Assembly (NCBI GenBank): GCA_051382295.1
Contig: JBBCAW010000115.1
Coordinates: 1 to 52,714, forward strand
Length of the DNA: 52,714 nt
From: Bdellovibrionota bacterium FG-1
GTDB taxonomy: Bacteria > Bdellovibrionota > UBA1018
Direction of reading: 5' to 3'
Shown here piece by piece: positions 1 to 8,692 of the stretch (its first letter is position 1; each line of letters opens with the position of its first letter). The notes under the pieces were generated by a model. That model ran no database searches, was not told the DNA's origin, and worked only from the letters and a program-made list of their open reading frames with translations. A program made the position numbers and the translations under genes.

Positions 1-65
1 ATGGGAAGGCCGCAGATCTAGCAGGTGAAAGTCCTGCCAACAAAGGAGGAGCGCGGGACGGGCGA

Positions 66-215
66 ATTGCCAAGTCCATTGTCGAGGCTCATGGCGGAAG
101 AGTGTGGGCGGAAAGTCAATTAGACAGCCCTGCGTGCGGAATGACACATGGACAAAACAGTGATTCAGTCAAATTATCCTTTGACGTGTCCTATTTCATG
201 TTACAATTTAGTTGA
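66..215 (+). pseudogene. C-terminal fragment of a histidine kinase HATPase domain
   Basis: Frame from 66 reads IAKSIVEAHGGRVWAESQ, the typical post-G2-box segment. The expected GxGLGL just upstream is absent. Confidence 0.55.
181..207 (+). promoter_or_regulatory. Possible sigma70 promoter for the precursor gene
   Basis: TTGACG at 181-186 and extended -10 TGtTACAAT at 199-207. The spacer is only 15 nt. RBS GGAGG at 238-242. Confidence 0.35.
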
Positions 216-251
216 CCATTTCCGATATGATAGTAACGGAGGAATTTTATT

Positions 252-545
252 ATGCCAGTCGCAAGAAAAGTGAATTTGAATGTCAATACGCTCGAAGACA
301 AAAAATTCGACAAAAAAAAAGGCCTCGTAAAAAAAGCGCAACCGGGTGGAGGTCCGGGCGATGGAGCTCATGAGGCATGTGCCCCAGGTGGTGGTCCTTG
401 TAAGCCTGATTGCCCAACGCCACCCTGCCAGACTTGTGATTGCAGTTGTAAAGGTGTGCCCAATGCAGGTCAAATGTCGCAGGGATTAAAGGGTGGAATT
501 ACGCCTAATGCGACCGGAGTCATGAGGGGAACAGTGAACCGTTAG
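252..545 (+). CDS. Cys/Gly/Pro-rich putative RiPP precursor peptide
   Basis: Strong RBS, Lys-rich N-terminal part, 7 Cys in pattern C-x6-C-x3-C-x4-C-x2-C-x-C-x-C, repeated PGGGP, directly upstream of an rSAM/SPASM gene. Confidence 0.75.
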   Translation: MPVARKVNLNVNTLEDKKFDKKKGLVKKAQPGGGPGDGAHEACAPGGGPCKPDCPTPPCQTCDCSCKGVPNAGQMSQGLKGGITPNATGVMRGTVNR

Positions 546-573
546 TTTAAACTGATTTTTTACACTGAAAGTG

Positions 574-623
574 ATAAATTACCCACCCCGCACTGGTGAA
601 CCAGTGCGGGGTGGGTAATTTAT
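574..623. terminator. 23-bp perfect inverted repeat (terminator/attenuator or mRNA-stabilising hairpin)
   Basis: ATAAATTACCCACCCCGCACTGG-tgaa-CCAGTGCGGGGTGGGTAATTTAT between precursor and rSAM genes. Confidence 0.8.
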
Positions 624-640
624 TCAATAGAGAGAAAACC

Positions 641-2197
641 GTGAGTGAATTTTTCGGCCATAAAAAGTTTCTTGTTCATCGTGATTATAAATACTTACTC
701 AAAAAATTCGACACTGGCTATTATCGGCAGATAGATCAATTTTTGGTTATTCCGTATAAAAATCGGAAAATTCTCGTGAATAGCTTCTTCATTCAGAATC
801 GGATCGATGACGAGGACGGTAGCGCCGAGGCGATCCTGAATCTGTTTTCTGAACCCCTCCCGTTTGTCCTTTTTCTAAAAAAGCTATCGGAACACTTCAA
901 GCTCGACTTAAATCTCCCTACTAAAGAAAATATCCGTCTGTTTTGTGATTTGCTCAGTATTACTCGTCTGTTGGTTGAAGACCATTTCTTGGTTTTCGAG
1001 TGTTTCAATGAGTATTCTCAGTTGAGCCAGTTTCGAAAAAATCTTTTACATACTCGTTTTGTCCATGTCGCGTATGTGATGACGTCACTTGATTGTAATT
1101 TCAGTTGCCCGGGGTGTTTTGTGTACAGTAATGCCCCGAAAAAGAAAATTCACATGACTCCGGAGGTGTTCGACCGTCAACTCGATTTTTTGATGCCGAA
1201 TGTCCTTAAATCGACGAGGGCTGAGTTGAGTTTCATTTTCTACGGTGGGGAGCCATTGTTGAATAAACCTCTCGTGGAATACGCTGCCGGAAAAATCAAA
1301 ACCTTGAAGAAAGAAGGGGCATTCGGGAAACGTAAAGTTGTCCTTAGCATGATTACCAATGCATCCCTTATTGATGAAAAAACGGTGGAGATATTTAAAA
1401 AATTCGATATCCAGCCGAGTATATCATTGGATGGGGTTGGAGAGACGCATGATGCTAACCGCGTGTTCAGTAGTGGTAGAGGAACTTTTGATGCTGTCCT
1501 GAAGGGTATTCGTCTGTTGGAGAAATATGACGTGGGATATGGAATTTCCTGCACTATAGGTCCGGACAATATTGATCGATTACCCACGGATCTCGATTGG
1601 ATGGTAAAAAATCTTAAGTTAAACGGCGGACTTTTTTTTAATATTATGCAGGGAGTGCCGAAGGATAGTTTTGGATCGCTGAGTTACGATACGTTCAAAA
1701 AGAAAATGCATATTATTTATGACAAGATGAACGAATTGGGACTGAGTGAAGGGCGTTTGAAACGGTATCGAATGACCACGTCGCATGACAAACCTCCGTA
1801 CGTTTTTTACTGTGCGGCAGCGGGAAGTGGCCAGTTTGTGTTTCGTCCAGATGGGAAAATCGGTCTATGTCATGCTGGAATGATGCACGATGAAGACCAA
1901 TTTGAATCGCCCGACGATATCGGCGAGATTTATCGCAATCCGATCCGACTCAAATGGCTACCCAGAACCCCTTTGCTTATGAAAGACTGCTATCTTAAGT
2001 GCCCTTATTTTGCTTTATGTGCGGGCGGGTGCCCTTATCGCGTGGAAAAAGCAACGGGGAATATGTATCGGCCCCATCCCCAGATTTGTGAAAAGGAAAT
2101 GTTTTTGATGGAAAGAGCGATTATGGAAGATTATGAGGCAACCTTGCGCTCTCAGACCAAGCGAGCAGCACCTGGCAAGCGTATCAAGAGGCGCTAG
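641..2197 (+). CDS. Radical SAM/SPASM peptide maturase with N-terminal extension (possible RRE)
   Basis: CNFSCPGC, FYGGEPLL, TN, SLDG..HD..R motifs and C-terminal C-x3-C-x5-C-x3-C-x18-C. Start moved to GTG 641 because the ORF-track start (596) lies inside the hairpin. Confidence 0.9.
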   Translation: MSEFFGHKKFLVHRDYKYLLKKFDTGYYRQIDQFLVIPYKNRKILVNSFFIQNRIDDEDGSAEAILNLFSEPLPFVLFLKKLSEHFKLDLNLPTKENIRLFCDLLSITRLLVEDHFLVFECFNEYSQLSQFRKNLLHTRFVHVAYVMTSLDCNFSCPGCFVYSNAPKKKIHMTPEVFDRQLDFLMPNVLKSTRAELSFIFYGGEPLLNKPLVEYAAGKIKTLKKEGAFGKRKVVLSMITNASLIDEKTVEIFKKFDIQPSISLDGVGETHDANRVFSSGRGTFDAVLKGIRLLEKYDVGYGISCTIGPDNIDRLPTDLDWMVKNLKLNGGLFFNIMQGVPKDSFGSLSYDTFKKKMHIIYDKMNELGLSEGRLKRYRMTTSHDKPPYVFYCAAAGSGQFVFRPDGKIGLCHAGMMHDEDQFESPDDIGEIYRNPIRLKWLPRTPLLMKDCYLKCPYFALCAGGCPYRVEKATGNMYRPHPQICEKEMFLMERAIMEDYEATLRSQTKRAAPGKRIKRR

Positions 2198-2703
2198 TTC
2201 ACCGCTTTGCGTGAATGCAAGAGTAGTTGCCAATAGGTTCCAATAGAGATGTAAAGGCTGAACGAGCTTTGCTCCTTTTTGTCTTCATCTCCCCATTTTT
2301 CTGTGGGGCTGAACTTTATTGTGATGGCTAGGCGTTGCGAATCTGTGTCGGTCTGAGTTTCCAATCGAGCAACGTGCATTTGATTGCCAATTTTCACCTG
2401 AATCCATTCTAATTTATGGTCGTATTTCGAATATTCATTGAGTAGCGCATAGTGTTCTTTTTTAACAGTTGCCATTAAAATGCGTTCGGGGATGGCACCA
2501 GCAAGCCAGGAACCAAGGCCTTTGATTTCAATTTTGACCGGATGTTGTAGAAAGAGAATGAGGAGCGAGAGGATAAAGATCAGAAAAAGGATCGTGCCCA
2601 CTAAAACTTTACGGCTCCCTTTTTTCATGTCAGCGGCGACCAGATTGTCGATAAATCGATCGAATGAACTGTTTGATTTTTTGTAGTGGGGTTGATTACT
2701 CAT
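2194..2703 (-). CDS. Single-TM accessory protein of the exporter (possibly HlyD-like remnant)
   Basis: Likely ATG at 2703 overlaps the end of the ABC gene; one hydrophobic helix VLVGTILFLIFILSLLILFL. Confidence 0.6.
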   Translation of the reverse strand: MSNQPHYKKSNSSFDRFIDNLVAADMKKGSRKVLVGTILFLIFILSLLILFLQHPVKIEIKGLGSWLAGAIPERILMATVKKEHYALLNEYSKYDHKLEWIQVKIGNQMHVARLETQTDTDSQRLAITIKFSPTEKWGDEDKKEQSSFSLYISIGTYWQLLLHSRKAVN

Positions 2704-4948
2704 ACAGTCCATCGAGTTTGATATTTCTGATAATCCGGTCGGTGCTGATCCGTGCATAGGGCAGTTCGCCTTGAAGGACTGCGAGTAGATGATCCGAGGA
2801 ACATTTCGAAACCTCCGCTGTGGGATGTAAGTTGACATTGGCCAGTAGAATACAGTCTAGTCGAATTGGGGGCGGCATTCCGGGATTTCTGGTGGGGTCC
2901 TGATGAATATCGTCTAATAGCTGAGAAATACAGGCATGGGCCTGCTGCGGATCCTTGCCAGGCATGAGAAGAAGAAACAAATCTTCAGTCCATCTGGCGA
3001 TATTATCGCCAAGGTGGATATTTCGAATCATCAACCATTCAATGTCGGTTGGTAGCGATGGGCTAGAAGGATGAGGTTCAGTTGAATGGCGGATGACAGC
3101 CAGGGCATAATGGGTGCCGTATTGAAATGCTCGTTCGTGTTCAATTTCAAGCGTGCTGATAAACTGGGACATGCCGCCAAATTGAGAGGAATGAAGCCGA
3201 AAAAACTCTCCCTTTTTTGAAATTAATTCGTGAAAAGTACCTAGTTCCAGGATCTGTCCCTCGGAAAGAACGACGATCATAGATGCATTACGGATTGTTG
3301 AAAGCCGGTGGGCAATGACCAAGACTGTCTTAGTCCGCGCTAGGCGAGTCATGACTTCCTGAATTCTATATTCACTGATAGGATCGAGAGCGGATGTGAC
3401 TTCATCAAATAGAAGAATTTCCGGATTCAGAAGAAGAACTCTCGCAAGAGTGATCCTTTGTTTCTGTCCTCCTGACAATTCTTCTCCTGATTCAAGCATG
3501 GTTTGCAAACCGTCTGGCAGCTTGCTGATAAATTCCATAGCAGAGGCCTCTTCGGCCGCTTGCAATATCGCCGCTACAGAGGCGTCGGGTTGGCCATAGG
3601 CGATATTGTCCTGAATGGTTCCTGAAATGATATGGCATTCCTGAGTTACGTAGCCGATTTTTTTTCTGAGTTCATGAATGCCAAATTCATTGATGTCTAT
3701 TTCATCAATAAGTATCTTACCTTGCTGACTTTTGTAAAAACGGAGAATGAGGTTAACCAAAGTACTTTTACCTGCGCCGCTAGGTCCCACCAGGGCAAGC
3801 ATTTTTCCGGGGACCACTTTTAAATTTATTTTTTTCAAGACGGGAATGTTTTCGTTAAAACCGAACGATACATCGCGGAATTCAACGACTCCTTTTTTGA
3901 TCCCGTCGTGGCTATTACCCGAAATTTCCTCTTCTTTTTGTTCCTGTTTCAGATTTAGTACATCATCCACTCTTCGGATTGAAAGCATTCCGATCCGCCA
4001 TGAAGTGTACGTGTTGATAAATGCCTTGATGGGGCTTCCAATTTGTCCTAAAAGCATGGTGAGACTGACAAACTCTCCGATGGTAAGCTGTCCTTGGATA
4101 ATTTGGTAACCCAGAAACCAGGATATTCCGACTGTCCAAAGCTGAACCGTGATTGAATTTGAGAACGTGGCAAATGTCTGAAGTATTCTTTCCTTGATTC
4201 CCAGTCGGGCATATCGGCGCATGATTCCATGAAATGCCTCAGTTTCCCGTTTTTCCTGACAGAATAATTTTGATAGCAGGACTAAACGAAGGCGTTCCTG
4301 AAGAAAATCGAAAGCTCCTGCTTTGAGTTTGAAAGATTGCTCCTGAACCGCGACGACACGTGAGGAGAAGACCTTGACTTCAATGAAATAGAGCGGCACT
4401 CCGCATAAGGCAAGCCAGGTGACCAATGGATTCATGGTGAAGGCGATATAAAGAATGGAGACCAAATGAAAAATATTGGCAATAAGAACCGGAATCAGAT
4501 CCATGGTCATGAATTCAAGCTGCGAGGTGTCTCCGGTGATGCGTGTGACATAATCTCCTTTAGTTAGCTTGCGGTATTCGATGACATCTATTCCCTGAAT
4601 GCGACTGAAGAGCTGTTTCTGTAGACCCAGAGTGAATTCCTGTCCTACGTAGATTTCCAGATAGGCGGCAAGTACATCCAGAATAAACTTGATGAAAAAG
4701 ATGCCGACAGATCCGATCATTGCGACATTCAGCAAGGAGATATCGCGCAACGGATAGGAATAATCGAATAATAGACGGCTGAACATGGGGACTAGGAGAT
4801 CGAGAGCTGAAATGACCAAATCGACAATGAGTACGGTCACTAGAATGTGTGCCCATGGTCGAATTCGACGAAGATGGGTGAAGTAGAGACATAAACCGGC
4901 ACTCATGGTGTCGTCGGAGATGTTTTTGAAAAGTTTTCGTGACCGCAC
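2696..4948 (-). CDS. ABC exporter (TMD+NBD) with C-terminal degenerate GGDEF-like domain
   Basis: TM region, Walker A GPSGAGKS, LSGGQ, LLFDE, IAHRLS; no N-terminal C39 peptidase; ~160-aa tail containing DNIARWTEDLFLLLMPG. Confidence 0.9.
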   Translation of the reverse strand: MRSRKLFKNISDDTMSAGLCLYFTHLRRIRPWAHILVTVLIVDLVISALDLLVPMFSRLLFDYSYPLRDISLLNVAMIGSVGIFFIKFILDVLAAYLEIYVGQEFTLGLQKQLFSRIQGIDVIEYRKLTKGDYVTRITGDTSQLEFMTMDLIPVLIANIFHLVSILYIAFTMNPLVTWLALCGVPLYFIEVKVFSSRVVAVQEQSFKLKAGAFDFLQERLRLVLLSKLFCQEKRETEAFHGIMRRYARLGIKERILQTFATFSNSITVQLWTVGISWFLGYQIIQGQLTIGEFVSLTMLLGQIGSPIKAFINTYTSWRIGMLSIRRVDDVLNLKQEQKEEEISGNSHDGIKKGVVEFRDVSFGFNENIPVLKKINLKVVPGKMLALVGPSGAGKSTLVNLILRFYKSQQGKILIDEIDINEFGIHELRKKIGYVTQECHIISGTIQDNIAYGQPDASVAAILQAAEEASAMEFISKLPDGLQTMLESGEELSGGQKQRITLARVLLLNPEILLFDEVTSALDPISEYRIQEVMTRLARTKTVLVIAHRLSTIRNASMIVVLSEGQILELGTFHELISKKGEFFRLHSSQFGGMSQFISTLEIEHERAFQYGTHYALAVIRHSTEPHPSSPSLPTDIEWLMIRNIHLGDNIARWTEDLFLLLMPGKDPQQAHACISQLLDDIHQDPTRNPGMPPPIRLDCILLANVNLHPTAEVSKCSSDHLLAVLQGELPYARISTDRIIRNIKLDGLYE

Positions 4949-5108
4949 GATTACCCCCAGTTTAGGATACCATCTTTTTCTGAATAATATCTATCGTTTG
5001 ACTCGCTCCAATCCGAATCTTCATTTCATTTTTACGCCTCTCTCTGCGAGTCGGTATTTCAGTGGACCCAGTTAGGCTTTCGACCTATCCTATTTCAGGA
5101 GAACCCCC

Positions 5109-5540
5109 ATGCCCCCGCACAGCCGCAAAAAACTTTTGATCTATCCCCAGTTTCAGCTTTTACTGATTGTTTCCAACCTGGTCATTTTACTGTCGAGTTT
5201 TGGCATTCTGTTGGGCTTAGTGTCCCAGGTTTTTTCTAAATTGGGTGACATGGGCACCCAGCTCAATCTTCCGCCCGGGCATTTGTTTTTTACCTTTATC
5301 CACACCCAAGCCAATAGCCTGCTTCTCTATCTTGCAATCGCAGTGGTGCTCAGCTGCTGTCTTTCCGTTGGAGTCATGCTCTGGCTGTCCCATCGTCTGG
5401 CGGGGCCCATGGTTCGCCTGCGGGCCGATCTCGAGCGGATGGCTCAAACCGGCGTGATCGGTGAGGTTAAATTTCGGAGTAACGATTTTCTGCAAGAATT
5501 GCCTGAAGCCGTCAACGCGGCCTTGAGTAAGTTCAGATGA
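5109..5540 (+). CDS. Two-TM membrane protein with HAMP-like C-terminus
   Basis: Two hydrophobic helices followed by SHRLAGPMVRL...RSNDFLQEL...N. Confidence 0.75.
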   Translation: MPPHSRKKLLIYPQFQLLLIVSNLVILLSSFGILLGLVSQVFSKLGDMGTQLNLPPGHLFFTFIHTQANSLLLYLAIAVVLSCCLSVGVMLWLSHRLAGPMVRLRADLERMAQTGVIGEVKFRSNDFLQELPEAVNAALSKFR

Positions 5541-5542
5541 GG

Positions 5543-5881
5543 CTAGCTGAGGTCAAGGACGTGTTTCAGCTTCTCATCGACTTCTTTCATAGTATCGACC
5601 GAGAGTTGCATGATGCGATTTTTCAGAAGGGCCTTTTCTAGCGAGTAAACGGCCCCACATCGAATGATCGTATCCTTTTTAAACTTCACAATCACGTCTT
5701 CGGCGGAGTTGGTGGCTTTCTTTGATTTGTCGTCTCGGTAGAGGCTTGTGAGCTTCACCGCTACGATGTCGAGCAAGCGGGGCGCGGAGTTTCGCAAATT
5801 GTTGCTGACGATTAAAACAGGTCGAATCGTGGCGTGTGGGTCAGTGGGCCAGGCGGCGTACCAGACTTCTCCGCGTTGCAT
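5543..5881 (-). CDS. mazF: PemK/MazF family toxin
   Basis: MQRGEVW...RPVLIVSNN...LTS and a C-terminal M.EVD..LK..LDL pattern. Confidence 0.85.
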   Translation of the reverse strand: MQRGEVWYAAWPTDPHATIRPVLIVSNNLRNSAPRLLDIVAVKLTSLYRDDKSKKATNSAEDVIVKFKKDTIIRCGAVYSLEKALLKNRIMQLSVDTMKEVDEKLKHVLDLS

Positions 5882-6169
5882 TTAAAATAGATCCTGATCT
5901 GCTTCTGCACTGCCTTCGTCCTCAGTAAAAAGCCGTTGGGACATGATCATGGCGGTGGAGACTCCTTTGGCGTCACGAGCCCTGGGGGGTGAAGCCGCAA
6001 GATCGCGGTCATACTGTTCGTAATCGCGCTTGAGCTGTTCTTCTTTTTCCTTGGTAAGCCCCTTTAAAATGAGTTCGTTCACTCGCTCACTCACTTTCTT
6101 AGATGGGGCGCCTTTCAATGCCTCTGCGGCCTCACCTTTGGGGTAAAAGGTAATTTTTACTGCTTTCAT
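5882..6169 (-). CDS. Putative antitoxin
   Basis: Abuts the toxin upstream; RHH-like N-terminus and acidic C-terminus. Confidence 0.65.
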   Translation of the reverse strand: MKAVKITFYPKGEAAEALKGAPSKKVSERVNELILKGLTKEKEEQLKRDYEQYDRDLAASPPRARDAKGVSTAMIMSQRLFTEDEGSAEADQDLF

Positions 6170-6285
6170 AGATATCTCATTGTCTTAGAAAGATTATATC
6201 CTAAGTAGATAAAAATGTCTATATATGTGCGGTATCCATGCGGTCAAAACACTGTACATTCATGATATCAAATACTTACGCCGAA

Positions 6286-6337
6286 GCTACTACTGCTTAT
6301 GACAATACTCCGTGCACCGCTGCGTGAATTGCAGCAC
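6286..6337. repeat. 52-bp imperfect direct repeat of the cytochrome gene 3' end (copy A)
   Basis: 48/52 identical to 7084-7135; the minus strand reads VLQFTQRCTEYCHKQ*. Confidence 0.9.
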
Positions 6338-6405
6338 CGTCTCATAGTTCGCGGGGCACCGGAGTGCGACTAATAAAAAAAGAAATTCGACCGTATTTGG
6401 AAAAA

Positions 6406-6627
6406 TCAGAATGCGGCCTTTTTAAGCTGCGGCATCAAAACCGTGTGCTGCACATTTTGAGGTTCTTTCATCCGCTTGGAGGCATCGAGAATCTCGATGG
6501 ATACAATGTTTCCTGTCTTGTCATAATCAAGCACGATGCCGGGCTTATCTTCGTCACTGACTTCAACTGGCGTTTCGCTGAAAACGATGTTTAGGGCGTC
6601 GGCTTCGGTGTCATAGGTCACTTTCAT
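6406..6627 (-). CDS. DUF2283 family protein (putative antitoxin)
   Basis: MKVTYDTEADALNIVF...GIVLDYD..GNIVSIEILDASKR; ATGA overlap with the upstream gene. Confidence 0.9.
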   Translation of the reverse strand: MKVTYDTEADALNIVFSETPVEVSDEDKPGIVLDYDKTGNIVSIEILDASKRMKEPQNVQHTVLMPQLKKAAF

Positions 6628-6881
6628 GATTGTCTCCAATATTTCTCGATACGGTCAGTCCAATAAACGGTGAGAACAACGGCGGGATTGACTTGGCGGG
6701 AAATGATCACGCGTAAGAGATGAATGTTCCCGGACGATCTTTCAAGCTTAGACTGAAAAATGGTTTTGCCATCCTCGTCGTAGCTTTGTTGTGGGTTATT
6801 GATTACGCCTTCGATGGTAGCTAGTGGGATTTCACGCTGGTTGACCTTCTCCGTGGCGTGCTGCGAAAATTTAAAGTCCAT
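6624..6881 (-). CDS. DUF4258 family protein (putative toxin)
   Basis: FSQHA..K...R.I...LRV....VVLTVY motif; canonical partner of DUF2283. Confidence 0.85.
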   Translation of the reverse strand: MDFKFSQHATEKVNQREIPLATIEGVINNPQQSYDEDGKTIFQSKLERSSGNIHLLRVIISRQVNPAVVLTVYWTDRIEKYWRQS

Positions 6882-7083
6882 CCCACTCTGTATATCTAGG
6901 TGTCAGCAGAAAGTCAGCAAATTATGTCGTAGATGGTGTATATTATATTGTAACGCTCGGAATATGAACTCAATTATTTCATGAGGTTCTTCGAGAACCT
7001 TATGGTCCTTCTCCCCTCTAACTCCCACTCAAAAATCTTTTGATGGTAATTTGCATACCACTACAAATTTAACTCAGATTACC

Positions 7084-7135
7084 GCTACTGCTGCTTATGG
7101 CAATACTCCGTGCACCTCGGCGTGAATTGCAGCAC
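7084..7135. repeat. Direct repeat copy B (3' end of cytochrome gene)
   Basis: Aligns with 6286-6337. Confidence 0.9.
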
Positions 7136-8668
7136 GCGCGACGTGGATCGCAGACCCTGATTGTGGCACAAGCCCGTGGAGCCGCCACAGGTGGTGACCA
7201 TCGCGCCTATTTCGCTCGAGGATTTGTGATTCATGGGCCGCTGTCCGTTGGCATCCGTATAAAGGGGATTTCTCAGCACATAGAGCACATGTCCCGAAAT
7301 GACGCCTTTATGGAAGGTGAGGGATTTGTCATCCGTCGAAGGTCCCCAGCCATAACTGACCCCAGGCTCGGTCGAATAGGTCGTATGCGGATAGGCCCAG
7401 TGGCAAGAATAACAAAAGGAGGCCGCGCTGAGCACGGCTTTGGTTTGGGTTGAGTCCTTCCCCTCGCCGTGAGGGGTGTGGCACATAAAGCAGTCCGTTT
7501 GGGCGCCTTGGTCGATAAACGGAACCGGTGCGCCATGGCACTTCCAACAATAACCGTTATTTGACGTAAATTTCGACGAAAACCGCTTTCCGTGGGCATT
7601 GCCTTGAGCCCAGTCGCTCATATGAGTCACGCCGTCCGTATGGCAGTCTAGGCAATTTCGTTGGCCGACCGCCCGAGAAAAATCCGCACCATGACAACCG
7701 GCGCAGACCGACACCGTTCCGTTTTTCACTCTTTGGATAAAGGTGGCCGCGTGGACGGATTGAGTTCCTTCCGCGAGCCAGTTGGGCGTCAGATGAGGAT
7801 AGTTTTCGTGGCAGTTGAAGCAACCCATGCTCGTGCCTGATTTGTGGCAGACCACGCACTTGTTAGTGGCCGATGTATAGGCGCGCGCGGAGTAGGCGCC
7901 ATGCCCTGCGGGATCACCCCAATTGCCCGAATGGCTCACCCCCTGCGTGTGACAATCCACGCATGCCTTGCCCTTGAGTTTTCGGTCATAATTAGCGCCA
8001 TGGCAGGTGGCGCAGGCCATGATCGCTCCGACTTGCATTTCCAGCACAAAAGTGGCGGCATGCACGGACGCGGTTCCGGGTGCGGTCCAGTTCGGGTTGA
8101 GGTGGGGATAATCGGCATGGCATTTGTTGCAACTACTCGCATCGGCCGAGCCGCGAAGGTCAGCGCCGTGGCAAAGTCTGCAGCCCTGGGTGCCCGAATC
8201 CATCGCATACTGTCCGTGACCGGCGGGTTCCAGCCAGCCTTCCTTGTGTGGAAAGACGTCATGGCAGGAGGCGCACCCCACTTTGGATAAGCCGCCCCCC
8301 AGATCTGGCCCGTGACATTCGGTGGCGCAGAGTTTTATCGCCTGATCATTGATAAGTTTGCCTGTGCTTTTGATTCGCGCGGCATGCATCTCGGGCATCT
8401 TCCAGCCGGGCTCATGAGGGTAGTCCTCATGGCAGGAACGGCACTGGTTCTTGGCCGTGCTCGTGGTATCGTGACAGGTGGTGCATTGAGAAAGACCATT
8501 TTCAAGTGCAAAGACACCGTGGGACTCGGCCATCCTCCAACCTGTGTCGTGGGGATAGATCAAGGTCATGGCGGATTTTTCGACTTCTCGCTTCTGCGAA
8601 CAACCGACGAGCAGTAAGAGTAGCCCTGCTGTGAGGACGAGATTTTCGAAAAGTTTTCGTGGCTCCAC
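7085..8668 (-). CDS. Multiheme c-type cytochrome lipoprotein
   Basis: Lipobox LVGC; 14 CxxCH, 2 CxxxCH (CATECH, CTEYCH) and one Cx6CH; internal sequence duplications. Confidence 0.92.
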   Translation of the reverse strand: MEPRKLFENLVLTAGLLLLLVGCSQKREVEKSAMTLIYPHDTGWRMAESHGVFALENGLSQCTTCHDTTSTAKNQCRSCHEDYPHEPGWKMPEMHAARIKSTGKLINDQAIKLCATECHGPDLGGGLSKVGCASCHDVFPHKEGWLEPAGHGQYAMDSGTQGCRLCHGADLRGSADASSCNKCHADYPHLNPNWTAPGTASVHAATFVLEMQVGAIMACATCHGANYDRKLKGKACVDCHTQGVSHSGNWGDPAGHGAYSARAYTSATNKCVVCHKSGTSMGCFNCHENYPHLTPNWLAEGTQSVHAATFIQRVKNGTVSVCAGCHGADFSRAVGQRNCLDCHTDGVTHMSDWAQGNAHGKRFSSKFTSNNGYCWKCHGAPVPFIDQGAQTDCFMCHTPHGEGKDSTQTKAVLSAASFCYSCHWAYPHTTYSTEPGVSYGWGPSTDDKSLTFHKGVISGHVLYVLRNPLYTDANGQRPMNHKSSSEIGAMVTTCGGSTGLCHNQGLRSTSRVLQFTPRCTEYCHKQQ

Positions 8669-8692
8669 GACGACCCCCAGAATAGGATAACA

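Noticed and set aside
1..60. Hairpin GCAGG-TGAAAGT-CCTGC (21-37) as a group II intron or cobalamin riboswitch part
   Set aside because: Only one short stem at the window edge; other conserved elements are not visible.
5543..6881. Integron cassette array of TA genes
   Set aside because: No recognisable attC sites and no integron integrase.
6286..7135. Repeat pair as a DGR template/variable region
   Set aside because: The four mismatches are not all at adenines of one copy on either strand, and there is no reverse transcriptase in the window.
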